Of a stretch of 64,000 nt of DNA, positions 48,081 to 56,677 are shown in pieces. Where the stretch lies: contig JBGAQA010000004.1 of the NCBI GenBank assembly GCA_044220955.1, positions 32,001 through 96,000 on the forward strand, in the 5' to 3' direction. The position numbers and the translations under genes were made by a program. Within the stretch, counting starts at the first letter, position 1; every line of letters starts with the position of its first letter. Origin of the DNA: Sandaracinaceae bacterium. Lineage in GTDB: Bacteria; Myxococcota_A; Polyangia; Polyangiales; Sandaracinaceae. The notes under the pieces are model-generated. The model did no database searches. It was not told the DNA's origin and saw nothing but the letters and a program-made list of their open reading frames with translations.

Positions 48081-48737
48081 TCAGGTCGCGTCGGGACCGC
48101 ACTCCGCGTGGACGACCGCCTGCAGCATCGCGCGGAACGCCGCGGTCGCCTCGGGGGCGGTCGACTCGTTCACGTGTACGACGCCCGCCCCGTCGGGCGC
48201 GGGGAGCGCCATGACGGTGACCGCCTGGACCGGGTCGCCGAGCGCGAGATCCACGTTCATCCGCACCATGCCCGTCGTGCTGACCGCGGCGCCGTGCTCG
48301 CAGCGCGCGCTCAGGACGAGCGGCTCGTTCGTCGCGATGTCCAGCGTCGGACCGTGCTCGAGGGTCGTCACGAGCTCGAGGGCGGGGCCGCTCGCGTCCG
48401 GGGCGAGCTCCAGCACCACGGCCGAGTACAGCGCGGGGGGCACCTCGCCGATGGCGATCTCGAAGGGCACGGTCCCGACCGAAACCAGGCCGATCCCCTC
48501 GGCGCGCGGGTCGAGCTCGGGACCGCGGTCGCCCACCATGCGCACGGCGGCGATGCGCAGATCGAGCCGCTCCACCGGCGTGGGCGGCCCCTCCGTCGCG
48601 CCCGGCAGGATCGCCACCGTCCCGGGCACTCCGGGCCCGCTTCCGTCGCCGGCGGAGCCGCCGTCGGGCATCGCCGGCGTGGGCCCACATGCGGCGAGCC
48701 CGAGCGACACGAGCGCCAGGGTGAGCGTTCGCCGCAC
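48081..48737 (-). CDS. Lipoprotein
   Basis: GTG 48737, lipobox LAAC, beta-rich body. Confidence 0.65.
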   Translation of the reverse strand: MRRTLTLALVSLGLAACGPTPAMPDGGSAGDGSGPGVPGTVAILPGATEGPPTPVERLDLRIAAVRMVGDRGPELDPRAEGIGLVSVGTVPFEIAIGEVPPALYSAVVLELAPDASGPALELVTTLEHGPTLDIATNEPLVLSARCEHGAAVSTTGMVRMNVDLALGDPVQAVTVMALPAPDGAGVVHVNESTAPEATAAFRAMLQAVVHAECGPDAT

Positions 48738-48808
48738 ATTCCCGCGATCGCGCCGAGCCGTCACGGCCGAGGATGGATGCGAGGACGAGGCCAACGGCGC
48801 TCCGGGGT

Positions 48809-50086
48809 TCATCCGCGCCTCTTGAGGCCGTAGCGCTCCATCTTGTAGATGAGTCCCCGCCGCGAGATGCCGAGGCGAGCCGCCGCGTGCGTCTGGTTGC
48901 CGCCCGTCGCGGCGAGCGCTTCTTCGATGGCCTGGCGCTCGGTGTCCCCGATCCTGCCGCGCAGCGGGCCCTCCGCTTTTCCCGCGCCGCGCGGCAAGAG
49001 GCTCTCGATCGCATGCCGGTCGAGCGCGTCGCCGTCGACGATGGCCGAGGTGCGCGACAGGATGTTGCGTAGCTCGCGCACGTTGCCGGGGAAGGGGTAG
49101 TTGGCGAGCGCGTCGAGCGCGTCGTCGGTGAGCGTCTTGCCCGGTGCGATGTCGGCGAGGATCGCCCGGGCGAGCCCGGGCAGCTCGTCGAGCCTCGCGC
49201 GCAGCGGGGGGATCTCGATCCGGAACACGTCGAGGCGATAGAGCAGATCTCGCCGGAACGCGTCGTCGGCGGTCGCGCGGTCGAGGTCCCTGTGCGTCGC
49301 GGCGATCACGCGCACGTCGAGCGGCACCGGCTTGGTCCCCCCGACGCGCGTGACGGATCGCTCCTCGAGCGCGCGCAGCAGGCGCACCTGGTTCGAGGAG
49401 CGGAGCTCGCCCACCTCGTCGAGGAACACGGTGCCTCCGTTCGCCGCCTCGAGCACGCCGTCGCGGCGTGCGTCGGCGCCGGTGAACGCGCCCTTCTCGT
49501 GCCCGAAGAGCATCGACTCGGCGAGGGTCTCGGGGATCGCGCCGCAGTGCAGCGCGACGAAGGGCCCCTTGGCGCGCGCGCTCGTCTCGTGGATGCGGCG
49601 CGCGAGCACCTCCTTGCCGACGCCCGTCTCTCCGAGGAGCAGCACGTTCAGATCACAGCGCGCGGCGCGATCGGCGAGCGCCAGCGCGTGCTGCATCGAG
49701 CCGCGCGCTCCCAGCGGCCGCGCCTCGGCCGGGGGAAGGAGCAGCACGAACGAGGACGGCCCGACGTGCACCACGTCGTTGTGCGCGGCGAACGTCTCGC
49801 CCGACACGCGGCGCGAGCCGACGCGCGTGCCGTTGCGGCTCCCGTGGTCGGTGACGCGGACGCTCGACTTGCCGTCCCAGGTCAAGGTCGCGTGCAGGCG
49901 GCTCACCGCGGGGTCGTCGACGCGGATCTCCGAGCCGCGGCTTCGTCCGATCGCGACCGGGACCCCGGGACCGAGCTCGAAGATCCCGCGCGCGGGCCCC
50001 TCGACGCCGACGGCGCACGCGCTGCTCTGCTGCGCGGCGCGCCGCGCCGCTTCGGGGACGTCGATGGTGGTGGCTTCGTGGGTCAT
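48809..50086 (-). CDS. FHA-domain sigma54 enhancer-binding protein (FHA-AAA+-HTH)
   Basis: FHA: IGR, VSRLHA, GSRNGT. AAA+: GETGVGKE, GAFTGA, FLDE, FPGNVREL. Fis-type HTH GGNQTHAA. Confidence 0.95.
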   Translation of the reverse strand: MTHEATTIDVPEAARRAAQQSSACAVGVEGPARGIFELGPGVPVAIGRSRGSEIRVDDPAVSRLHATLTWDGKSSVRVTDHGSRNGTRVGSRRVSGETFAAHNDVVHVGPSSFVLLLPPAEARPLGARGSMQHALALADRAARCDLNVLLLGETGVGKEVLARRIHETSARAKGPFVALHCGAIPETLAESMLFGHEKGAFTGADARRDGVLEAANGGTVFLDEVGELRSSNQVRLLRALEERSVTRVGGTKPVPLDVRVIAATHRDLDRATADDAFRRDLLYRLDVFRIEIPPLRARLDELPGLARAILADIAPGKTLTDDALDALANYPFPGNVRELRNILSRTSAIVDGDALDRHAIESLLPRGAGKAEGPLRGRIGDTERQAIEEALAATGGNQTHAAARLGISRRGLIYKMERYGLKRRG

Positions 50087-50121
50087 CGTTGGCAGGAGCG
50101 CCCGGCTCGGCCGGGCCGAGG

Positions 50122-51522
50122 TCACTCGCCGCGTGGAGAGAAGTAGAGAGAGAGTGCGCCGTCGGAGGACACGAGGAAAGTGTGGTCCGAGAGCGGCGCG
50201 GCGGCCGTGACGTTTCCGGCGCTCGCGAGCGTGCCCGTGAGCACGACGCTTCCCGGCAGTGAGTCCAGCTGGATCTCGGCGATCTCGGCCTCGGCGACGG
50301 GGGCGGCTGCGGCGTCGCGCCCTGCCACGATCAGGGCCAGCCCCGGCCCGAGCGCGATCGCGCCGGCCGACTCCCGCGCTCGGAAGAGCGGCGGCGGCGC
50401 GGGAGACAGCGCGGCGATCGGGTCGCTGCCGGGCGCGGCGTCGGGCTGCACGACGAGCAGCGTCAGCTGACCGGTCGCCGCTCCCGTCGCGTCCACGCCT
50501 CCTGCCAGCAAGACCAGGCCCGTGTCGAGCGCGCACGCGGCGGCCCGGACGGCCAGACCCGGCACCACGACGGAGCGCGGCGCGTCCTGCCCGCTCGGGT
50601 CGAGCAGCACGAGGTCCGGCGCGGCGGAGGCCGCTCGCCGGCCGTCGAGGACGAGCACGCGCGGCTCCGGCGTGGCGCGTCGCCGCGCCAGCAGCGGGAC
50701 GGCGCGCGCGGCCGTGCGCGCGTGCTGCAAGGGAGCGAGCGCCGTCGCGATCAGGTGCGCGCCGTCCCACTCCACGCGCGTCACGTCCGGGGCGAGCGAT
50801 CCGTCGCTGCGCGTGCCACCGACGACGAGCACGGTCGCCGCGTCGACCGACGCGATCGCGGCGCCGTCGACGATCGGCAGCTCCGCTCCGGCGATCTCGG
50901 CGATCACGGCGCCTCGCGCATCGACGAGCGACGCGCCCGGCGCTGCACCGCCGACGACGAGCACGTGGCGGTCGAGGGCGACGGCCGCGCCGCCGATTCG
51001 CGGAGCGGGCCATGGCGTGCGCGCCTCGATGGCAGGCAGGCCGCCCGGGCCGTGCGCGACGAAGCGCGTGAGCCCGGCCGCGGAGGCGAGCAGCGCGCCG
51101 TCCGCGCTCGGCACGACGGCGAGGTAGGGATCGCTCGCGTCACCGGTCGCCACCGGCGCGAAGCGTCCGAGGACGCCGAGCGACACGTCCGGGGAGTGGC
51201 TGGCGCCTGCCGGCGAGACGTCGAACGGAAACGATCGACCGCGCGCGAGCACGAGCCCCGAGAGCTCGGTCTCGACGATGACCGCGTAGCCGTTGCCGAA
51301 GGGCATCGGGGGAAGGGTCAGCGCCGTCGCGTCGGGAGCGAAGCGCACCGTCGTGCCCGGCTCGCGCACGCCGTCTCGCTCCATGGTCACGGCGATCGCG
51401 GTCGCCGTTCCCGCGAAGAAGGGGTCGTCGCCGAGCGCCACGACGCGGAAGGGCACGCTCGCTCTCGAGGTGCAGGCGCCCAGGGCGAGCAGAGCGCACG
51501 CGAGCTGCAGGCGCTCGCTCAA
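50122..51522 (-). CDS. Kelch-like beta-propeller lipoprotein
   Basis: TTG start overlapping the upstream stop; lipobox LGAC; repeats PRIGG..VLVVGG, ART, LLAGG, ARES. Confidence 0.7.
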   Translation of the reverse strand: MSERLQLACALLALGACTSRASVPFRVVALGDDPFFAGTATAIAVTMERDGVREPGTTVRFAPDATALTLPPMPFGNGYAVIVETELSGLVLARGRSFPFDVSPAGASHSPDVSLGVLGRFAPVATGDASDPYLAVVPSADGALLASAAGLTRFVAHGPGGLPAIEARTPWPAPRIGGAAVALDRHVLVVGGAAPGASLVDARGAVIAEIAGAELPIVDGAAIASVDAATVLVVGGTRSDGSLAPDVTRVEWDGAHLIATALAPLQHARTAARAVPLLARRRATPEPRVLVLDGRRAASAAPDLVLLDPSGQDAPRSVVVPGLAVRAAACALDTGLVLLAGGVDATGAATGQLTLLVVQPDAAPGSDPIAALSPAPPPLFRARESAGAIALGPGLALIVAGRDAAAAPVAEAEIAEIQLDSLPGSVVLTGTLASAGNVTAAAPLSDHTFLVSSDGALSLYFSPRGE

Positions 51523-52562
51523 GGCCGGATGACCTCTCCGACGCCGATCCAGCCCGGGGTCGAGGGCGCGAGCGCGACGCCGATCCCGATCGCGATCGCG
51601 GCCGCGACGGCCGCGCCGACGCCGACGCCGACGCCGACGACGACGGCGGTGTCGGGGCCGGTGTCGATCGGGGCGAGCAGGGCGGCGGCCAGCTCGTCGG
51701 GCGTCGCCGATCCGGCCGCGCGCACGCTGCGAGCGCCGAGCACCGCATGGAGGCCGCCCCCTGGCTCGCGCGTCAGGTCGAGCACGCGGAGCCTGCGGCC
51801 GAGGGCAGCGGCGCCGCGCTCGACCAGGGGATCGATCGGGGCGCCAGGCGGGCCGCTCGCCGCGAGCGCGGCGGCCGGATCGACCGCCAGCGCGACGGCA
51901 AGCGCGGCCGGCCCCTCGCCGACCCCCAGCACCACGCGTCTCGTGCTGCTCGCGAACCCGGTGCGCGAGACCGTGACCCAGTGCATGCCGCAGCCGAGCT
52001 CGGGGGGCATCGCCCGCTGCACGCCGTCGACCGCGACCGCGGCGTCGCTCGGATCGACCGTCAGCGTGACGGCACAGCCGGGGATCGCCGCTCGCGCCGC
52101 CTCGACGCGCGCCGCGAGCGTCGGCGGGTAGCGCTCCGGATCCACGGCGAGGGCGGGATCGATCGCGAGCGCGTGACGCACCGCCTCGTTCGCGCGCGCA
52201 TCGTCGCCCATGGCGCCGTGCACCATCGCGCGCAGCAGCATCACCGCCACGATCTCGGCCGGTGAGCGGACCCCCTCCGCGTCCGCCGCCTCGAGCGCGG
52301 CGTCGAGGTCCCGCTCGGCGTCGGTGAGCGCGAGCGCGGCGAACGCCTCGTCCGCCCGCAGCGTGGCCTCGGCCACGCCGCCCCGCGGTGTCTCCGCGCT
52401 CGCGGGCGCGGGCGCGCGCACGATGTCGACGCCCTCCGCGGTGCGTCGCTCGACGATGCGATCCGCCAATGCGCTGGCCTCCCGGGCCAGCGCCTCGCTC
52501 GCGCGAACCACCAACACCTCGCGCGGCTCCTGCGCGAACGCCGGGGTCGCGAGTGCGGTCAG
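51519..52562 (-). CDS. Secreted TPR + PEGA-like protein with C-terminal TM
   Basis: TPAFA-Q signal end; ALAIDP...DPERYPP; LTVDPSDAAVAVDG (PEGA); C-terminal VVVGVGVGVG. No clear ATG/GTG, so the start is approximate. Confidence 0.65.
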   Translation of the reverse strand: MTALATPAFAQEPREVLVVRASEALAREASALADRIVERRTAEGVDIVRAPAPASAETPRGGVAEATLRADEAFAALALTDAERDLDAALEAADAEGVRSPAEIVAVMLLRAMVHGAMGDDARANEAVRHALAIDPALAVDPERYPPTLAARVEAARAAIPGCAVTLTVDPSDAAVAVDGVQRAMPPELGCGMHWVTVSRTGFASSTRRVVLGVGEGPAALAVALAVDPAAALAASGPPGAPIDPLVERGAAALGRRLRVLDLTREPGGGLHAVLGARSVRAAGSATPDELAAALLAPIDTGPDTAVVVGVGVGVGAAVAAAIAIGIGVALAPSTPGWIGVGEVIRP

Positions 52563-52592
52563 GGCGAAAACGAGGCAAGATCGAGCGCTGGC

Positions 52593-54161
52593 GTGGACGA
52601 AGTGCTCTCGGGGCGTCTGGGTCGATACGCGCTCCTCGGCCGGGTCGGCCGCGGGGGGATGGGCGAGGTGCATCGCGCGCGCGCCTTCGGTGCCGCGGGC
52701 GTCACCAAGGAGCTCTGCATCAAGCGCATTCGCTGCGAGCGCCTGGCCGATCCGGCGTCGCTCGGGCGCTTCGTCGCCGAGGCGCGCGTCTCGATGAGGC
52801 TCTCGCACGCGAACATCGTATCCGTCTTCGATTTCGGGCGCAGCGAGAACGACTACTACCTCGCGATGGAGTGGGTCGATGGCTGCGATCTGCGACAGAT
52901 GATCGCCGCCGTGGAGGCGCGCGGGGAGCGCCTGCCGGAGGACGTCGCGCTCTTCGTCGCGGCCGAGATCGCGCGCGGGCTGGCCTACGTGCACGGCCTG
53001 CCCGACGAGCGGCGCCTCGCGCACTGCGATCTCAAGCCCGCCAACGTCCTGGTCTCTCGCGCAGGCGAGGTGAAGCTCGCCGACTTCGGCGTCGCGGTGC
53101 ACGAGGCGAGCACGGGAGGCGCGGGCGGGACTCGGCGCTACATGGCGCCCGAGCAGCGCTCCGGCGTCTCGGTCGGTCCGGCGGTGGATCTCTACGCGCT
53201 CGGTCTCGTGCTCGACGAGCTGCTCGGGGGGAGGTTCAACGAGCGACCGATCCCCGACGACGCGGCCGCAGGAGACGACTACGTCGCGCCGGCCGACGTC
53301 TCGCCGAGCGTCGGGGCGCTGCTCTTGCGGCTGTGCGCGCGCGAGCCCGAGGCCCGCCCCGCGAACGCCGGCGAGGTGGTCGACGCCCTCGAGGCGCTCC
53401 TCGCGGAGGCGCGCGTGCGCAGCAAGCGCTCGCCGCGCGATCTGCTCGCGCGCGAGGCGAGCGCGCTGGCGTCGGCGGCCAAGGGGGCGGCCACCGAGTC
53501 CGTCGAGGAGTTCCGGACGGATGCCTCGTACGTCACCGAGGGCGAGAGCGAGACGTTCGCGCGTCGCATGCGGCCCGACGCGTCGCCCCGGTCGCAGTCG
53601 CGCACCACGCCGCTGCCACCAGGACCTCCTCCGTCGCGGAGCCCCGGACGCGTGGTCGCCATCGGCGCCGCGATCGCGCTCGGCCTCTTCCTCTTCTCTC
53701 TCCCTCGCCGGCCGGTGCCGGCCCCCGTGGCGCTCGAGGCGACAGGGGCGCCCGCCGCATCTGCCGCTCCGGTCGTCGATCGCGGCCGGGCCCCCGCCTC
53801 CGTCCCCGCCGTCGGCCCGGCCCTCGTCCCCGTCGCCGCCCCCGGCGTCGCTTCCGCCTCGCGTCACCCGCCGCGTCCACCCTCCACGCGGCTCGAGGCT
53901 CCTCTCACGCCGGCTGCCGCGCCGCCGGCTCCCGCGCCCGCCGCTCCAGCGCTGGTGCGTCTGAACGCGCGTCCGTGGGCGGACGTCACGATCGACGGCG
54001 AGGCGCGCGGCGTCACGCCGCTCGTCGGGGTCGCGCTCGCGCCGGGGGCGCACGACATCGTCTTCTCGAACCCCGCCCTCGACGTCACGCGCACCGAGCA
54101 CGTGGAGCTGGCGGCCGGCGAGCGCCGCGACGTGATCGTGGATCTGCGCAGCGGGCGCTGA
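52593..54161 (+). CDS. Membrane Ser/Thr kinase with extracytoplasmic PEGA domain
   Basis: GRGGMGEV, CIK, HCDLKPAN, DFG, YMAPE; TM; Pro-rich linker; NARPWADVTIDG..GVTP. Confidence 0.93.
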   Translation: MDEVLSGRLGRYALLGRVGRGGMGEVHRARAFGAAGVTKELCIKRIRCERLADPASLGRFVAEARVSMRLSHANIVSVFDFGRSENDYYLAMEWVDGCDLRQMIAAVEARGERLPEDVALFVAAEIARGLAYVHGLPDERRLAHCDLKPANVLVSRAGEVKLADFGVAVHEASTGGAGGTRRYMAPEQRSGVSVGPAVDLYALGLVLDELLGGRFNERPIPDDAAAGDDYVAPADVSPSVGALLLRLCAREPEARPANAGEVVDALEALLAEARVRSKRSPRDLLAREASALASAAKGAATESVEEFRTDASYVTEGESETFARRMRPDASPRSQSRTTPLPPGPPPSRSPGRVVAIGAAIALGLFLFSLPRRPVPAPVALEATGAPAASAAPVVDRGRAPASVPAVGPALVPVAAPGVASASRHPPRPPSTRLEAPLTPAAAPPAPAPAAPALVRLNARPWADVTIDGEARGVTPLVGVALAPGAHDIVFSNPALDVTRTEHVELAAGERRDVIVDLRSGR

Positions 54162-54172
54162 CCCTCCGCGGC

Positions 54173-54922
54173 TCAGGGGCAGGCGCCGCCGCCGTCGACG
54201 CAGACCGGCACTCCGACTCCGGGATACGCGCAGCACGGTGCGGCGCCACAGCCGTCGCACGGGCAGCTCGTGCAGCCTCCGGGCACGAAGACGTCGCGGC
54301 AGTTGCCGGCCGCGCACACCTGGTTGCCGCGGCAGGCGCGCCCGCAGTCGCCACAGTTCCCTGGGTCGCGGCGCAGATCCACGCAGGCGCCGTCGCAGCT
54401 GGTCGTCGCGCCGGGGCAGTCCATCCGGATGCAGACCCCGCCGGCACAGCGGTCGGGGCACGCGTGGCCGGGCGCGCCGCAGTTGTCGGGATCGGACGCG
54501 AGATCGATGCACCGGCCGCCGACGTCGGTGTAGGGCGGGCGGCAGACGCACGCGCCCGACACACAGACCTGGAGCGCGGCGCAGCTCGCGTGCGAAGCGC
54601 CGCAGTCGCCCGGGTTGCCGAGCGGGCCACCGTTGCTCCCGCTGCAGACGCCGGAGACGCACGCCTCGGTCGTCCCGCATCCGTGCCCGCAGCCCCCGCA
54701 GTTCCGCGGGTCCGACGCGAGCTGTGCACAGGTGCCGCCGCAGTCCACGAGCCCCGCGCCGCAGCTCGTCGCCGAGTCGGTGCCCGGAACGACGGCCGCG
54801 TCGCGTCCGCTGGCGGGACCTCCGTCGCCCCCCAGCCGCCCCGGGTCCGGCGACACGACCGCCGAGCAGCCAGAGCTGGAGAGCACGAGAGCGATCGAGG
54901 TGAGCGCGGCGCATCGAAGCAT
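54173..54922 (-). CDS. Cys-rich Stig1/MXAN_6577-like repeat lipoprotein (4 repeats)
   Basis: Lipobox SSGC; C.DL.SDP.NCG.CG..C repeats; cap CTSCPC..CC.Y..VCVDGG.ACP. Confidence 0.85.
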   Translation of the reverse strand: MLRCAALTSIALVLSSSGCSAVVSPDPGRLGGDGGPASGRDAAVVPGTDSATSCGAGLVDCGGTCAQLASDPRNCGGCGHGCGTTEACVSGVCSGSNGGPLGNPGDCGASHASCAALQVCVSGACVCRPPYTDVGGRCIDLASDPDNCGAPGHACPDRCAGGVCIRMDCPGATTSCDGACVDLRRDPGNCGDCGRACRGNQVCAAGNCRDVFVPGGCTSCPCDGCGAAPCCAYPGVGVPVCVDGGGACP

Positions 54923-55076
54923 GCCGGTACGCGTGCAAGGATCGCGCGCGCCGACGCGCCTCGCGAAGCACCGTGCGCGCGCCGCCGCGCTGTGCAGCGC
55001 AGTGCGCACTGCGCATCGGCCGTACGGCATCTGGAAGTTGCGGCCCGAAAACAAGCCGAGTTCAGCCGCGCGGCTG

Positions 55077-55090
55077 GGCGCGCTCCTTGC
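55077..55090 (+). promoter_or_regulatory. sigma54 -24/-12 promoter upstream of the Cys-rich lipoprotein genes
   Basis: gGG-CGCGCTCCTT-GCg with 10-nt spacing; followed by SD GAGGAGG and ATG 55124. Confidence 0.6.
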
Positions 55091-55123
55091 GTTGGAGGTG
55101 CGGTCCAACCGAGGAGGACGCGG

Positions 55124-56557
55124 ATGACGCATCGAGGATTGGCTTGGTCTTGCCTGTGTACGAGCGCGCTCGCGCTCGCGCTCCTGTCGATCGGCTGCAG
55201 CGCCAGCGAGAGCAACCCCGCCACCGACGGCGGCGCCGGCGGCAACGACGCGAACACCGCTGGGCGCGACACGGGCGTGTCCGGTCGGGACACCGGCCCG
55301 GCCGTCCCCGACACCGGCCCCGCGGTCTGCACCGCTCCGCTGAGCACGTGCGGCCCGGCGTGCGTGAACCTGCAGACCGACGGCGCCAACTGCGGCGGCT
55401 GCTTGCACGCGTGCGCGACGAACCAGACCTGCAGCTCCGGCGTCTGCGCGTGCAGCACGGGCCTGGTGACCTGCGGCCCCGACTGCGCCGATCTCTCGAG
55501 CGACACGCAGCACTGCGGCTCGTGCCCCAACCGATGCGACACGGGCGAGGCGTGCGTCTCGGGCGCGTGCACCTGCCTTTCGCCGGCGATCACCTGCCCC
55601 GGCGGCTGCTTCGACGTCTCGAGCGATCCGCAGCACTGCGGCACGTGCGGCAACGCGTGCGGCTCGGGCGCGATCTGCACCTCGGGCGCGTGCGCGTGCC
55701 CGAGCGGCACCACGTCGTGCGGCGCGGGCGCGGGCTGCACCACCGACACGACCTTCCAGAACGACCCGCTGAACTGCGGCACCTGCGGTCACGCATGCGC
55801 GACCGGACAGACGTGCACGGCTGGCGTGTGCGCGTGCCCGGGCAGCGGGATCGTGTGCGGCGGCGCGTGCGTGGACGTCTCCACCGACCCGAGCAACTGC
55901 GGCACCTGCGGTCGTGACTGCGGTGCCGGCAACACGTGTGTCTCCGGCAACTGCGTGTGCGGCGGCGGGCTCACCAGCTGTCCCGTGGGCGGCGGCGGCA
56001 GCGTCTGCACCGACACGCAGACCGATCCGCGTCACTGCGGCACGTGCGCCATGCGCTGCAACTTCGGGGAGGCGTGCGTCGCGGGCGCGTGCCAGGTGAA
56101 CACCACCTCCGACCCCACGAACTGCGGCACGGTGGGCCACACCTGCGCGGACACCGAGTACTGCTCGGCCGGCGCGTGCGTCTGCCGACCGGGTCTCACC
56201 GACGTCGGCGGCAACTGCGTCGACCTGCAGACCGATCCGACGAATTGCGGCACCGTCGGCAACGCGTGCGGCGGCGCGACGCCGGTCTGCCGGGCGGGGA
56301 GCTGCGTCGGCACGGGGATGTGCGGCGGCGGCGGCAGCCCCATGCGCGTCTGCGACGGCGCTTGCGTCGACATCCGCACCGACCCGCTGAACTGCGACGG
56401 TTGCGGCAACGTCTGCGGCGTGGACCAGGTGTGCGATGGCGGTTGCCAGGACTACGTCCCGACGACGTGCACCACCTGCCCCTGCACGACGTGCATGGGC
56501 GGCGGCGGTTTCACCTGCACGACGTACGGCACCGGCGTGATCTGCGTCGGCGGCTGA
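55124..56557 (+). CDS. Cys-rich Stig1/MXAN_6577-like repeat lipoprotein (9 repeats)
   Basis: Lipobox SIGC; DTG linker; 9 (N/H)CG-type repeats; same C-terminal cap. Confidence 0.9.
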   Translation: MTHRGLAWSCLCTSALALALLSIGCSASESNPATDGGAGGNDANTAGRDTGVSGRDTGPAVPDTGPAVCTAPLSTCGPACVNLQTDGANCGGCLHACATNQTCSSGVCACSTGLVTCGPDCADLSSDTQHCGSCPNRCDTGEACVSGACTCLSPAITCPGGCFDVSSDPQHCGTCGNACGSGAICTSGACACPSGTTSCGAGAGCTTDTTFQNDPLNCGTCGHACATGQTCTAGVCACPGSGIVCGGACVDVSTDPSNCGTCGRDCGAGNTCVSGNCVCGGGLTSCPVGGGGSVCTDTQTDPRHCGTCAMRCNFGEACVAGACQVNTTSDPTNCGTVGHTCADTEYCSAGACVCRPGLTDVGGNCVDLQTDPTNCGTVGNACGGATPVCRAGSCVGTGMCGGGGSPMRVCDGACVDIRTDPLNCDGCGNVCGVDQVCDGGCQDYVPTTCTTCPCTTCMGGGGFTCTTYGTGVICVGG

Positions 56558-56677
56558 GCCGACCTCGACCGCCGCGGAGCCTCGCCGACAAGGACGGGGC
56601 TCCGCGCGCGTCTGCCTCGCAACCTCGACTCGAACCGTCTCTGTCTCCCGGACCGCTCGCCCCAAGGAGGATCGCTC

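Noticed and set aside
54935..54948. Near sigma54 site before the - strand Cys-rich gene (CG-CGCGATCCTT-GC)
   Set aside because: CG rather than GG at -24; kept only as a near miss.
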